DNA of 64,000 bases, from positions 7,346,454-7,410,453 of the forward strand of contig CAVNZM010000002.1 in the NCBI GenBank assembly GCA_963693365.1, read 5' to 3'. The notes beneath the pieces were generated by a model. It made no database searches. It was not told the DNA's origin and worked only from the letters and a program-made list of their open reading frames with translations. Position numbers and translations under genes: made by a program. The DNA is from Amoebidium appalachense. Lineage: Eukaryota; Protista; Ichthyosporea. The number at the start of each line of letters is the position of its first letter. Within the stretch, counting starts at the first letter, position 1. This document shows, piece by piece, positions 14,313-28,100 of the stretch.

Positions 14313-15008
14313 GAAAGGGGGGAGGGAAAGGGAACGGGGGGCGTGGGGGGGGGAAGGGGGGAGAGGGGGGGGCAGGGTGTCTGTGTGTGCGTGTGGGGGG
14401 GGGGGAGGGGGAAGGGGGGAAGGGGGGGAAGAGGAAGAGGGGAAAAGAGATTATGATATCATCATATTATGTTATTCGAAGGACCATATTTCCGTCCCTT
14501 TTCTTTAGCCCCGAATCTAATCTATACAAGGTCAATTTAAAAAGGAAGTGCCTGAATCGAGCCAGTGGAGTAGGGGGAAGGGGGCGAGGGGGAAGGGAGG
14601 TGGGGGAAGGAAGGGTGGGATGGGAGGTGGGGAAATAGGGGGGGGGGGGGGGGGGGGGGGTAGGGGGGGGGGGGGGGGGGGGGGGGAGGGAAAGGAAAAA
14701 AAGGGAGAGGGAGGATTTAGCGGGCTTTTTACCTCCACAGGGACAGGCACCAACACACGGTTGTTCAGATAGTAATTGTCGATATCCATCTTGTAGTAGC
14801 CAAACCCACCCATGCCTGGAGTGGGTAATGAAGGGCGGAAGGGGGGAGGGGGGGGGGGGAGGGGGGAGGGGGGGGGGAGGGGGAGGGGAGGGGGGGGGGG
14901 GGGGGGGGGGATAGGTTTGATCAGTATATATCTACCAAACAATAGACTGTAGGCATGCTGAAACAAGAAGAAAGAGGTTTGTACGTGTGTGTGTGTGCGC
15001 GCACGCCG

Positions 15009-15051
<43 letters not shown>

Positions 15052-15687
15052 ACGTGCACGTAATGCGTGCGTGTGGTGTGTGTGGGGGAGGAGAGGGGGG
15101 GGGGGGGTTTGGAGGAGGGGGAGAAGGCAAAGGGGGGACTCTTGGAGCCTTAGGATGCGAACCTGGAAAGTAAGCACTGAAAGGCAGAATTTAACCTAAA
15201 ATGGAATTGGGTGGGGGGTTCTAACGAGACTTTGAAAAATAAGACCGAGAAATGGGTTCACAGGGTAACGAACAGGGTAGGGGGGGAGAGAGGGGTGGGG
15301 GGGCTCCATGTTTCACTTAAAACGAAAACTTTTAACAACCACAGAAAGGGACTCGGGGGGGAGGGGGGGGGGGGGGGGGGGGGGGGCTCTACACATACCC
15401 CAGCCTTCACCCCAGCTATTCTTGATAATCCAGTAGCCATCCCCCCAGCCTATCAGCTGCATGGCGTGACCCCCCTCCTGCTTTGTGGATTTTGGCTCAT
15501 AGACCCCAGTGCGATAGACGTTGAAGTCGGAAAATACTCGGATGCCCATCTGAACGGGTCCGTTGGTGTAGATCTCCCGCTGTGGCCAATTGAGGAAGTT
15601 CAGAAATTCACCGAGGAGGGGGGTTTAGGGTGCATGACAAAGTATGCACACACAAAGACAAGGCATCATAAGCGGGCCCTTGAAGGT

Positions 15688-15718
<31 letters not shown>

Positions 15719-15909
15719 GGGGGGGGGTGGCTTGGGGGATGGCCTGGGTGGTTGGGGGGGGGGGGGGGGGGGGGGGAGGGGGGGGGGGGGGAGGGGAAAG
15801 GGAGGGAAGGGAGAAGAACAAGGAGAAGGGTATTATAGAGTGTGGATAGGAGTGGGAGAAAGGAGGGCAAAAGAAGGGTGGGTGAGGAGGGGGAGGGGGG
15901 GGGGGGGGG

Positions 15910-15947
<38 letters not shown>

Positions 15948-16934
15948 GGGGGGATCTACAAGGAGGAAGAAAGAAGGAAGCAATTGCAATCTTTCTTTCC
16001 CAAACAATTCGCTTAAGTTTTGGAGAAGCTATGAGGGAAGTTGGAAGCTCGAGGGGGGAAAGGGGGAGGGGCAGAGGGAGGGGAGAGAGGGTGGTGGGGG
16101 GGGCTTTTTTTTATTACTTTCCGACAACCGAGCGTTAACGCGATAGTGAACGCGTGACTGTCGATAAACCCCTTAGAGCCCAAGGGACAGCAACCGAGTG
16201 ATAGTCTTCAAATTATTCCTTATATGGTCATAGACCCATCTCAATCGAATTATTCCATATATGGTATTAAACTCACCTTGAATTATTCCAAATATGGTAA
16301 TGATTTCACCTTAATCAAATTATTCCATTTATAGTAATAATAATTAACTCACCTTAATCACCTCGATCCTGTCCTCATCTGACAACGAGAAGTAGTCCAT
16401 ACCCGTCATCAGTATCATGTATGACTCCGCCTTGTACCTAAATCGCGACTCGTACGAATTTCCATCCGCGCATGTTCTGTTGCAGGGTTTAGCGGGAACC
16501 ATCACCTGCCATGATTCGCCCTTGTTTGTGTATGGAATGCACCTGGCCAATATGGCGCCTGGATCTTTCAGATAATTCCATGTGAATGGTTGAGTGGCGC
16601 CTTCACAGCCATGGGTTCCACCTGAGGGTGTGTGCACGTGTGAGTGCCCTTCAACCCTCCCCCCCCCCCCCCCTCCCCCCCACTTCTCCCTCCCCCCCCC
16701 TCCCCCCCCCCCTCCCCCTCTCCCCCCCCCCCCCCCCCCCCCACCACCACCACCACACACACACACACGAACACACCCATGCACACCCAACGACACACGC
16801 AATATCAATGAAGTCGTCATTATTTTTCTTTTTCCCATTTCTCCTTGGTTCTCGAAGCTTCTCTGCCTCATAAGTTCTTTGTTTTACAGTATTTAATGTG
16901 GGGAAGCAGAAGAGAAGGGCGGGCGGGCGGGCGG

Positions 16935-16974
<40 letters not shown>

Positions 16975-17117
16975 TTTATTTTTTATCTTTTTTTTTTCCC
17001 GGAATCGGTGGTGCAACTGGCATTGGTTAAGAGTAAGGCAACAGGAGGAAACAGGAAAAACAATGGCATTGTGCGGGGGCAGAACGAAGTGACAAGAGAG
17101 GGGGGATTGGGCGGGGT

Positions 17118-17152
<35 letters not shown>

Positions 17153-18359
17153 TTGGGGAGGAGAGGTGAGAGCGAATGGGGGGAGGGGGGGGGGGGGGGG
17201 CTTTATACCGCACGAAACCATATCCTGAGGGCTGAGTCGAACATTGATGTTCCCGTTAGACTTGATGCACAGCCGTTCCCCCAAGACCCCAGTGGATGCA
17301 AAGGCGTAGCAGCTGCCACACCCACCCTGGTCCCCAACGGTTTGAATGCACCCGCCCAATGCGTGATCCCTCCAATCAAATGAAGCGGGCAAGGCGATTG
17401 GCTGTTGAGCCTCCACCCAACCCAAATTCCAACCGAGGCCGTGCAAATCTAAATTCGATACGTGGTTTTCATTGGCTAGTGCGGCCCAGTCGCGCTCAAA
17501 TTGGTCCAATGGGATGAGCCGACGGACGGGCACATGACCGTCTGGGCCAATCGGAACCTCGGCTCTCCTAATTGGTGCATTTGGTTAGTACTGGCTCTTT
17601 TTATTTGCCTAGTTTGCCTTCCACGAAAACTTGGGTGTACGGTACCGATAACACCGATAGTTTCTGAAAATCCTATTATGTGGTGTAACGTATCTGAAAA
17701 TTAACATTGTGGTGTAACTTTCTACTTCGGCGGTGAAATTAATTGATGAACTAATTAATTAAGTAGTGGTTTTTGGTATGTACTTGCAGGATGGCAGGAG
17801 GCCTAGGGGCCTAAGGGGGAGCGGCATATACCCCATAGTATAACCATTATTAGTATTACCATAGTAACTCAGTTCATGATTGGTCCTCTCCCTCTCCCCC
17901 CCCCCCTCTCCCCCCCACCCCCCTCCCTCCCTCCCCTCCGCCCTCAAAAAAAAAAAAAAAAAAAAAAAAGAGGGAGGTGGGGAGGGGGGAGGGGAGGGGG
18001 GGGGGGGGGGGGGGGAGGGGAGGGGAGAAAGAAATGAAAATGAAAAAGAAAAATTACAACTCCAGAACTCCTGGTGTATTTCAGTGATACAAATTCCATA
18101 ATTCTTCACAGAGGGCCACCAAAACACCACAGCCTCACTCACCATGTGGAAGTGCTGTCGCTGTTTACGGCCTGGGCCAGTGCCCTCCACTCGTCATCAC
18201 CAGCCGTAGGCCCAGACACAGCCTGCGTGGTTAACAGGGCTAGAAGGCACACACCAGTGGTCACCTGATTGTTCATACGAGGTGAGGGTTAGCGCCACAC
18301 ACATGCACAAACACACGCACACACATGCACACAAATAAAATGCACACGCAGCTGTGCAT

Positions 18360-18402
<43 letters not shown>

Positions 18403-18701
18403 CACATGAGTGCACACCGTGCACATGCACGTGCACACGCACGCACACACACACACACAAACGTGCGCGCACACGCACAAGCGCACACACCTGACACACA
18501 AACACATACACATGACACACCGTACCAAGCCAAACACTTGAACACCAACATTAGATATGGTGAACACCTTAAACTATTTCATGGACGGCACAACGGAGAA
18601 ATGGGCTTGAACTAGGGCTTGAACTAGGGGTTGTTGCACGTTTCTGCTCCATATGTGACTAATCAAGCACGTACCTTGGAAGTTGAGGTACCCGTGGCCA
18701 T
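11214..18701 (-). CDS. Secreted/membrane-anchored papain-family (C1A) cathepsin-B-like protease fused to TSP1 and two 6-Cys domains; exons 18701-18675, 18264-18143, 17567-17209, 16621-16353, 15579-15399, 14815-14733, 14137-13946, 13193-12741, 11786-11214 (~752 aa)
   Basis: All 8 introns GT-AG and phase-consistent. Signal peptide (VTTGVCLLALLTTQAVS), LPASFDWRD, catalytic QGGCGSCYAF, GGHAM and IKNSWG..WG, TSP1 WGSWGSCSASCGRGLSTRTRIC, C-terminal hydrophobic segment GCQFGILLLGMALFTALV. Confidence 0.9.
11857..11969 (-). mobile_element. Decayed 3' fragment of the poly(C)-associated element in cathepsin intron 8
   Basis: Reverse complement ttaaggatgggtactacttatgatgcattgtatgtgtgctttgca...cacattctaacc resembles consensus ctgaggatgggctctgcttat...gcattcaa; sense to host. 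Confidence 0.65.
16211..16360 (-). repeat. Four tandem 33-43-bp units overlapping the exon-4 donor of the cathepsin gene
   Basis: aattattcc..at(a/g)gt...tcacctt units start at 16211, 16248, 16281 and 16318. Confidence 0.85.
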
Positions 18702-19184
18702 TTTCGGACCGCTCATGGTATCGTGACGGGGCACCTTGAGCCTTCAAGTGGTGCATGCCCTATCAATATTTTTTGTAGCTTCTGAACCCGTATGAGTATG
18801 AGGGTAGCGTTTCAAACTGTTTGTTGTGTCTAAATTCAGGGTCTTCCCTCCCTGCTGATAGGAAGCCCGGCCAAGTTGCAAAAAAAATAGTGCGCTCTTT
18901 CAAAATTTCATCAAGAGGTGAGCTGACAATGGCCGTTCAAGGAAGGCGAAGGGACTTGTCTCGAATGTAGCTACATCAATCTGCAGCTGAGTTCTAGGCA
19001 AGAATAAAAAAGAACCGATTGATTGTTTATCGAGTCCCGCTGTAAAGTTTTTGTAATATAGATCTTTAACAGTGTAAAATAAAGTGGAAAAATGATTATT
19101 CTTGCGCGTGCTCCCAATAAATATACTACTGTCACAGAAGGAAGGGGTGCCCATTCCCAGCATGCATGCGTACTGTTCTTTGAG

Positions 19185-19365
19185 CCTCGGTTGCCGTTCG
19201 AAATCCGGTGCGCATTGATTGAACATGAATTTCGCGCCAAATAATCGAACCAATTAGTAGTCACATTTTGTGTATTATTTTGGTTACTATGAGATTACAT
19301 CATTTCCACGAGAGTTTTAGCCAATCAACAAATGCGAATAGATTTCAATAGATTGGGGGTCTACT
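19185..19365 (-). promoter_or_regulatory. Upstream block conserved between the two cathepsin paralogs (contains CCAAT boxes)
   Basis: Aligns to the reverse complement of 61180-61350 (gccaatcaacaa-tg[c/t]gaatag[a/g]tttcaatagat[t/c]gggg; atttcgcgcc; accaattag). Confidence 0.7.
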
Positions 19366-19503
19366 GCACTCTGTAGGATCGAAAAAACACACGCATATGG
19401 TATGGATTGGTACAGGCCACATACGGACGCATAAACGCGCAACGCACACATGTACTTACATACACTCATACAAGCTACTCACACAGGCATTCAAACACAC
19501 ACG

Positions 19504-19558
<55 letters not shown>

Positions 19559-19787
19559 GCACGCGCGCATACGCACACACGCAGATATACACACGCGGTA
19601 TACACACAGTCACATCGGTATCACACACAGTTACAAGTACACGCATGCACACACATGCGCACCGTGTGACGAACACAACACACATGTGCATACACCCATC
19701 CACGCACATCCAGAGTGAGAGAGAGAGACCAGAGAGAGATCCAGAGAGAGAGAAAGGGAGGGAAAGAGAAAGAGAGGGGCATGGGGG

Positions 19788-19856
<69 letters not shown>

Positions 19857-19865
19857 AGAGAGATC

Positions 19866-19903
<38 letters not shown>

Positions 19904-20012
19904 GAGAGACTGCAAAAGAGAGAACGAGGGAGACAAGGGGGGAGGGGGGGGGGGAGGGCTGAGAGGGGCCCGGGGAAGGGGGGGGTGGGGGAGGGGAAGA
20001 GTGAGAGAGAAT

Positions 20013-20044
<32 letters not shown>

Positions 20045-20237
20045 CTCGGAGACAGAGAAAGATTTGAAAGAGAGAGAGGGTCCAAGAGCCTGAGAGAGAG
20101 AGGGAGGGCGGGGGGGGGGGAAGATAGCTCTAGAGAAAGATCAAAAGCCTCGGGGCTCACCAGAGAAAGAGAGAAAGGGGGGGGGGGGGGGGGGGGGGGG
20201 GGGAAGAGAAAGAGAGAGATCTGAGAAAGAGAGAGAG

Positions 20238-20287
<50 letters not shown>

Positions 20288-20361
20288 CAAAAAAACGGGG
20301 TGTGTGTGTGTGTGTGTGTGTGCAAAGATCCGAGACTGTGGTGGCAGGGTGTGCGTGGGTT

Positions 20362-20412
<51 letters not shown>

Positions 20413-20881
20413 TTTTGTTTACAATCGGTACTGCGCAAAACAATACTTATACGCAAGTAGTACAGTTAACATAGAAGACAGAAAGAGAATTGTTCACGGT
20501 GACTAACTATTAGGGCCGTGGGATGTGTGTGTCTTTGTATGTGCGTGTGTGTGTTTGTGTGGTGGTGGTGGTGGTGTGTGTGTGTGTGTGCGTGTGTGTG
20601 TTTGGTGGTGGTGTTGGTGGTCAGGGGAGGGGTATGTGCAAGCGCAGGATGACCAATGTTGCGTTATATTATAAGATTAACATCGTCACGCTTTACTTTT
20701 CCACCCGCTATGCACAGGCAATCTGCAACACCACTCGGTCGCAAATGCTATTCGGCTCTACCATCGGATGCCCGCATGCCTGCAGGGCTTTTGGAAGAAT
20801 GCAGGTCAGCATTAAAATAAAAAACATGATTCGACATTTCGCTGAATGAAAAACGCTAAATTTCTTGATGCGGCTTTGTTT

Positions 20882-20923
<42 letters not shown>

Positions 20924-20989
20924 GTTTATGTGTGTGCTTGTGCGTGTGCGTTTATCTGTATATGCTTGTGTGTGTGTGTGCGTTTATCT

Positions 20990-21029
<40 letters not shown>

Positions 21030-21418
21030 AATGATAAGGAAAGCACATACGTGCAACGTCAAAACTACGGATTTTATGATCATGTGGTAACTAGTAGGTG
21101 TGCTAGATATCAACATATCTGTATATAGAAAATCGACCACTTCACAAAACGCTATATAACTATCACATCTCAATATGTAAACTCGCGTGTGACTATGTTA
21201 TCCACCGTCCTCTCAACTCTCCAACCAAATCTCAAACTTTCCATTTCCCTTTCCGATAGCTATAGTTAGCCTAAAGAGCTCCACCTAAACAAACACCAAG
21301 CATCGACTCAACTCTCCTAACTCATAAAAAGTAAATATTATTTTCCAACCGCGCCAAAATCTAACTCCAAAAACCGGATCCAAAAACACCGGAAATCGCC
21401 CCATCCTGCCCAACCAAC

Positions 21419-23887
21419 TCACATGGGCATGTCGAAATCCTGTACGATTTGCCTTATTTCATCATACAAGTCCTGTGTCAACCCCACCCCCTGCCCGCCC
21501 ATTCCCATCTGCTGAGTCACCGCAGCGCCGTGCTGAATCAACATCTGTTCCGGGCCGACTTGCTGACCCGAAAGTATCTGCTCGCCCGGTGGCCCTGTGG
21601 GAACACCCCCCACCACCGGGTGCAACATGGGGGAGTGTGCCGTAGAGAACACGGGTTGGGCCGACCGCTGCTGCTGTAACTGGGCCGGTGGGGGTTGTGG
21701 CCGCGGGTGGAGGGCCGCGGGTGTGTGTGCTCCGACCTGTATGGGCAGATTCACCTGCTGACGGGGTACGATTCGAAGGGGTTGTTGGTTTCCAATGTGG
21801 AATTGCATCGATAGGGATGCGTCCGGCTGCCCGCCTGCCGATATTCCCCCCGGAAGGTGTTGCGGTGGTGGTGGTGGTGGCGGTGGCGGTTGTGGTTGGG
21901 ATGGGTGTATGGTGATGGTTTGCGGGGGTTGGGATTGCGAATATTGGACTATTTGGGTGCCGGCGGGAATGCGTACGTATTGCACCTGACCCGACGGTTG
22001 TTGGATCTGCAGCTGAATCGACCCGTCGGGGGCCATTGTTGCGCCCGTCGCCGTGACGCCCCCGCTCAGGTGCAACGTTTGCACGCCTCCCGAGGTTTGG
22101 TCATGCGATTGGTTGCCGATCACGTGGATTATGTTGCCATGGTGATCGACCACCTGTTGCGTCTGAACCGTCGGTTGCGCCCCCGTGACAACATACTGTT
22201 GCCCGTTCTGAACAATAATCTGTTGGTACCCCTCGCCCGGAGAGACGCCCGCTGCCGCCGCCGTCCTACCCATCACGTGTTGTTGTTGTTGTTGCTGGTG
22301 GTGGTGGTGGTGTTGTGGGTGGGTTTGCGGCGGCTGCGTCGCGATCATATACGTCCCCCCCCCGCACCTGCGACGGCTTGGAACTGAACGTGTGGGGCGT
22401 GTTGAATGGGCTGTGCGTGATGAATCACGTGTATCTGTTGTTGTTGTTGTTGGTGCTGTTGCATAATCTGCATCTTCTGTTCCTGAAGACCCGCCGCCGC
22501 CGCCGCCGACAGCTGCTGGTGCAAAGACTGACCCGAACCGTTTGCTTGCGGGTCGGAATTGGCAAAACCATACTGCGTGGGGGCCAACTGCATCACGTGA
22601 CCCGGGCCCAATGGTTGGGGGACGAGCGCAATGTTGCCCGGGGGACGGGGTGGACGCGCTGCCGCTCAGCGGAACTGACATAACCTGCGATTGGCGGGTT
22701 ATCATCTGCGCGTGTTGCTGCTGCGACGGGTGCACGTGCACTGGGTGCCGCTGCGTATCGATCTGCTGAACCGCCTGCACCTGAGCAAACTGCTGCGGCG
22801 GCTGCAACACAGACACCTGCTGATACGACACTTGCATGTTTCCCGCGTGGCCCGGCGCACCCGACGGCGGTGCGTGCAGAACTTGAACCGCCTCCCGCGG
22901 TTGGAGCGTTACCACGGGAGCCTGCACATAGGGGGTAGGTTGGATAGCCAATGGCTGCATGGACACACGTGCAAGAGGTGAAACCATAGGCTCCGCGGGT
23001 GTGGATTGGAGTCGACGCGCGGCGCTAACGGGCGGTGCTTGAGTTAGCGGCTCGGAGAGAGAAGACGCCAGAGACTTCTTACTGTCGGGGTTTTGCGCAT
23101 TGCTGCCGATTGTGGGCGTCATGTTACCACTTGAAAAACTTGAAGGGTCGGCTGGTTCGGATTTAGGTTGGAGGCGCAGCGAAGCAGTCGTGCGCCGCCG
23201 ACGAACCATTTTACCTCCAGGCCCCTGTTGTTGCTGTTGTTGTGTTTGTTGTTGTTGTTGCTGTGCGTCCGATTGCTGGCTCGGTGGCGGTTGTTGTGGT
23301 GTCGCCGGGGTAAATTCCGGCTTGGACTGAACTTCCGCCGATGAAACCCCCTGTTGCTGCTGCTGCTGCAGTTGAATTTCAGGGGTAGGATTCCCCCCGG
23401 AGTGCTGTTGTTGCAGCGAAAGCTCAAAATTCGCAGCAGTGGTTGCGACGGTCATGGGGGAACCGAGGCTGCTGTTTCTCTCCCAACTTGTCGTCTCGCT
23501 GTGAACGGGCGTGGGGGCCTGGAGCGACCAATCGCTCTTGGGGGTCGTTTCGGAAAACTGCGTCGCTTTGCTTGGGTGTTGCTCCGACCCGTACATGTGC
23601 GTGCCCGTGTCGGACGGTTCACCGTGCGATTGCAAAGTATCCGAGGTTCGTTGTTGTTGGCGTGTAGTCTCCATTGGTTTCGGCCCGGATTGTGGCCCTG
23701 AAAATGTGGAGCGAGGGAGACGGTGAGTTGTGGTTACAAGTAGAAAGGTGGATTGAGTATAAGGCGGTTTGCACTATGCAGGCACAGGCAGAAAGAATGG
23801 TAGACGTGTGAAAATCGTTCAAACAGCCCAAGCATGTTCGAAAAGGACAACAAGCAGCCCCGAGGGGGGGGGGGGGGGGGGGGGGGA

Positions 23888-23926
<39 letters not shown>

Positions 23927-24021
23927 ATAGAAAGCGCTACAGATTATGGAGTACACATTCATGGGGAACAACTTAAGGCGGAGTGCAAAGCACACATAAA
24001 GAGTATGAATCATATGGTTTG

Positions 24022-24093
<72 letters not shown>

Positions 24094-24170
24094 CCACAGT
24101 GCAAAGAAGAGCTTTGCAGTTCACGATACAAGCCAAAACGATGAAACAGTAAAATGATCGTGCAACATCA

Positions 24171-24219
<49 letters not shown>

Positions 24220-24494
24220 CGGTGAAGGGGGGAAGGAGTGCTGGGGATCCTCATGTATGCGCAAGTGTTTGACATGGCGTCAGGAAACCACACGTTGGGG
24301 TGGAGATTGTGAAGAAAAAGATACACATGGTAGCACTTGCTGGAAGGTTGTTGGGAAAAAGCAAAGAAATCAAGTAGTGTAAGTGTGAGTGTGTGTGTGT
24401 GTGCATGGAGAGAGAATTGTGTGGTTGTAAGAAGAGGTGTGTGTGTGTGTGTGTGTGTGTGTGCATGGAGAAAGAATTGTGTGGTTGTAAGAAG

Positions 24495-24532
<38 letters not shown>

Positions 24533-24816
24533 TGGGGGTGTGTATGGAGTGAGAGCTGTTTTGTGAGAGCGGAGAACGAGATGTGTGTGTGTGTATCAAG
24601 AAAGAGGTGTGTGAGCGTATGAAGACAAAGACGGAAGGGGTGTATGGAACGACAGATCAGAGAGATAGGTAGGTGGATGAAGATAGAGATGGATGCATGA
24701 GAGGAGACAGGTGTGTATGCCCGTTGAGAGAGGGATATGTGTCTGAATAAAGAGTGAGGTGTGTGTGATCATCGAAGGTGGGCGTGGCGTGTGTGTGTGT
24801 GTGTGTGTGTGCTTTG

Positions 24817-24861
<45 letters not shown>

Positions 24862-25074
24862 GAATCTCTCCCATAAGCAACACATCAGTTCCTACGTTCC
24901 CCCCTCCTTCCCCCTCCCCCCCCCCCCACCCCAAAAAAAAAAACAATAAATAAATAAACAAATAACTATACACCATCAGTGAAACATGAGCTAAGCAAGA
25001 GGTTTTGCTATGTGTGTTTATTAGTGGTAGTGTGTGTGGTGTATGGCTTGGCCGTGGTAGTGTGTGTTTGTTTC

Positions 25075-25163
<89 letters not shown>

Positions 25164-28100
25164 GGGATAGAGGGAGAGAGAGGGAGAGAGAAAGGGGGGG
25201 GATGGAGGGAGGAGGAGGGCAGCACATCAACCCACCTTCACCAGCAGACTGTTGCATCTGTGTGGTGGTGGTGTGTTCGGTCTGTCGACCCTGTTCGATT
25301 TGGGGCTGTGCCATCTCCACCTGGTCCAGGTGCTGTTGCATAAGTTGCAATTGCAACAGTTGCTGTTTCGTCGCCTGTTTTTTGCTAGGCAAAACTTTTG
25401 CCGTCGGAATATTAGCAGGCGCGGGGGGTGGCGGCGGCGGCGGCGGCGCAGGCGGGTTTAGAAACATTTCGAGATACTGAACGGGTACGGCTAAGGGAAC
25501 TAACGCCTGTACGGGGGAGTTGATGTCGACTTGGATGACGACGTGCGTTTGGCGATGCGGGGAGTGCATTGCCTGCTGCAGGTACTGTAGCGCTAACTGT
25601 TGCCTTTCTGGGAAAGGTTTGCTCTCAAAGTTGTTCGATATGATCTGTTGCGCAGACGTGTTGAGGAGGTTCGCTAATCGGTGATTGGCAAGGATCGGAT
25701 CGGCGATCGTCGATTGCGCGAGGATACTCGCCGGCGTGTGCGTGTGCGTTTGCATCTGCCGGTGCGGGGGACCCATCATGGCCAAAGTCGGACAGCTAAC
25801 CGTGCGGTTGATTGGCTGTTCTCCGATCCCGGTAACCATCGCGCCGGAAAACTGGTGATTAGGAACCGATCCGGGGATGGAAGGGGCCAATCGAGCCGGC
25901 GGGGCAGGCTGTAACTGCTCCAACCCATCTTTGGTCCCGTCCTTTTTCATTCTCGTTTTACCCCGAAACGAGTGCTTCAACCTTATGTGGTTTCGCAACG
26001 AGTTATCGGTCGAGTAAGCACGGGTACACCCCGGCTGTGTGCATGGGATGGTTCGTACGTGCTCCTTGGAGCCCCGCCTCGTCCCTTTTCCCTTGGCATC
26101 CCCTCGTTCGGGGGACTCCCCCCGAGATACCAACCCATCCCCACCACCCGATTCGTGCGCCAGCCCGGACTCATTATCAGCCAGCGAGTGCGTTTCCGAT
26201 CGCGACGACGGGCTCTCCATCCCAATCGGGTAATTTGCCGATTGTGGTTCGCTCAGGCCCGTTTTCGCGGCCACCCCAGCCTGCTGCTGGCCTAAAAACA
26301 TACCCAAACTGGCTGCTAGTGATCGCTCGCTCTCGGCAATCTGTCCGGAAACCTCGGGAATATGCTGACCCGGCCAGAACATTTTGCCCTTGATCCCCAC
26401 CGGTCCAGCCCTGGGCTGACGATCGATAAACATTTGGTCATCGTCAGAGGGGTCCCCTTCGTCGCTGTATTCCATCTCGGTGTCGGCATCATGGGCCCCG
26501 ACTGTGTGCAATAAGTGATTTGTGAGTTCCTTGTGTTTGATGATATGTTTTGGTTCCAATGGTGAATGAAGTATAACACACACGCAGAAAAGTGTTGATC
26601 GTAAACTGCTGTAAGTTCCATGTATTTGCTATGCTTTGGTCCCAATGCATGGTGCTCAAGCATGACCCCAACAAAGAAACATGTTCATTCTTTATAGGAG
26701 TCCATGTGTGTGTCACTGAAACTATGTAATATTGATGCCATGGTCTACATACAAAGGTTGTGAGCGCACACGTGCAGTGTGTGTGTGTGTGTGTGGGGGG
26801 AGGGGGGAGGGGGGAGGGGGGGGGGGGGAAGGGAGAGAGGGAGAGAGGGAGAGAGAGAGTGTGTGTGTGAGCCGGAGAGGGGGGATAGAATGGAGGACGT
26901 AGTAAGGAATGTACATCAATTTCGGACAACACAACACAGAGTGCAACCGACACATAAGGAGTGTGATGCATAATAAGCAGAGCCCATTCTCAGACACGGG
27001 GGAGGGGGGGGGGGGGTTTGGATGCGTCATAAAGTACGAAATACACATGAACAACGGACAACACGATGCAGAATGCAAACCATACATAAAGGAGGAGGAT
27101 GGAAACACATCAGACAGAAAGCTAAATGTTCGGTGGGGAAGCTGGAGGAAAAGCTTCAAGCTAGAAAAGTTAATGTGAACCGAGAGTTTAGGAGAGTGAC
27201 ATTGTAACGATGAAAACTCCGTTCAGAAATGAATCCAAACAAGCCTTTCCAGAACAATAGGGAAAGGAAGGAAAAGAAAACACTCTACACGGCCAATCTG
27301 TGTTGAGCACATCAGAATTTCACCGTTTCAAAAAGAGAAGGAGCATCGTTTATTATGATACAGCCAGCTTGCCACATAGATATGAATGTTTTACACATTC
27401 ACATACACCATGGGTTAACCTGCACGTACAAGTGCATGCATGCACACACACACACACACAATGCACACAAACAAATGATGCGCGTGTGTGTGCGTGTCTC
27501 TGTGTGAGGGGAGGAGGGAAAGGGGGGGCGAGCGGGGGAGGGGGAGCACCCCCCCCCCCCCCCCCAACACACACACTCACACACGCACATGCCCATGCAA
27601 GCACTACCACACACATACACCTAAACAGGCCCTTACACATGCACAAGAGAAGGCTGTGTCACACAACACCACCTTACCATACCCTTTCAGTTACTACAAA
27701 CACACCACTATTACTCTCCTGTTCAAATGTGGTGCAGAAACGACCCAAAACACACTCCCAGGCTCAGATACTTTAAGAAACATACAGATACCACAAAACT
27801 AATGATAAGCAGCAGTACCACGTTCCCTCCCAGAAAACTCATATCGCCTAAGCTAGAAAAACGGGAGCAGGAGAGCGTCCAACCCACGGTGAAGTGAGCA
27901 AGGGAGGGAAGCCACTCAATCACGGATTTAGAAAAAAACCATAGAGACGAAAAAAACGAAGAGAGCAAAAGACAAGGTGTCGTCCTTGGCTGGGAAAGAC
28001 ACGTAGGTTCAAGAGGCCCGCGGAATACACAAAAATCAAGGTTTGGTGTCTAAAAAGCAAACCTGTAATTGCCGTGGGCAATCACTAGGTACCACGAAAA

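Noticed and set aside
16211-16360. Regularly spaced ~37-bp repeats considered as a CRISPR-like array
   Set aside because: Units are contiguous degenerate tandem copies without unique spacers
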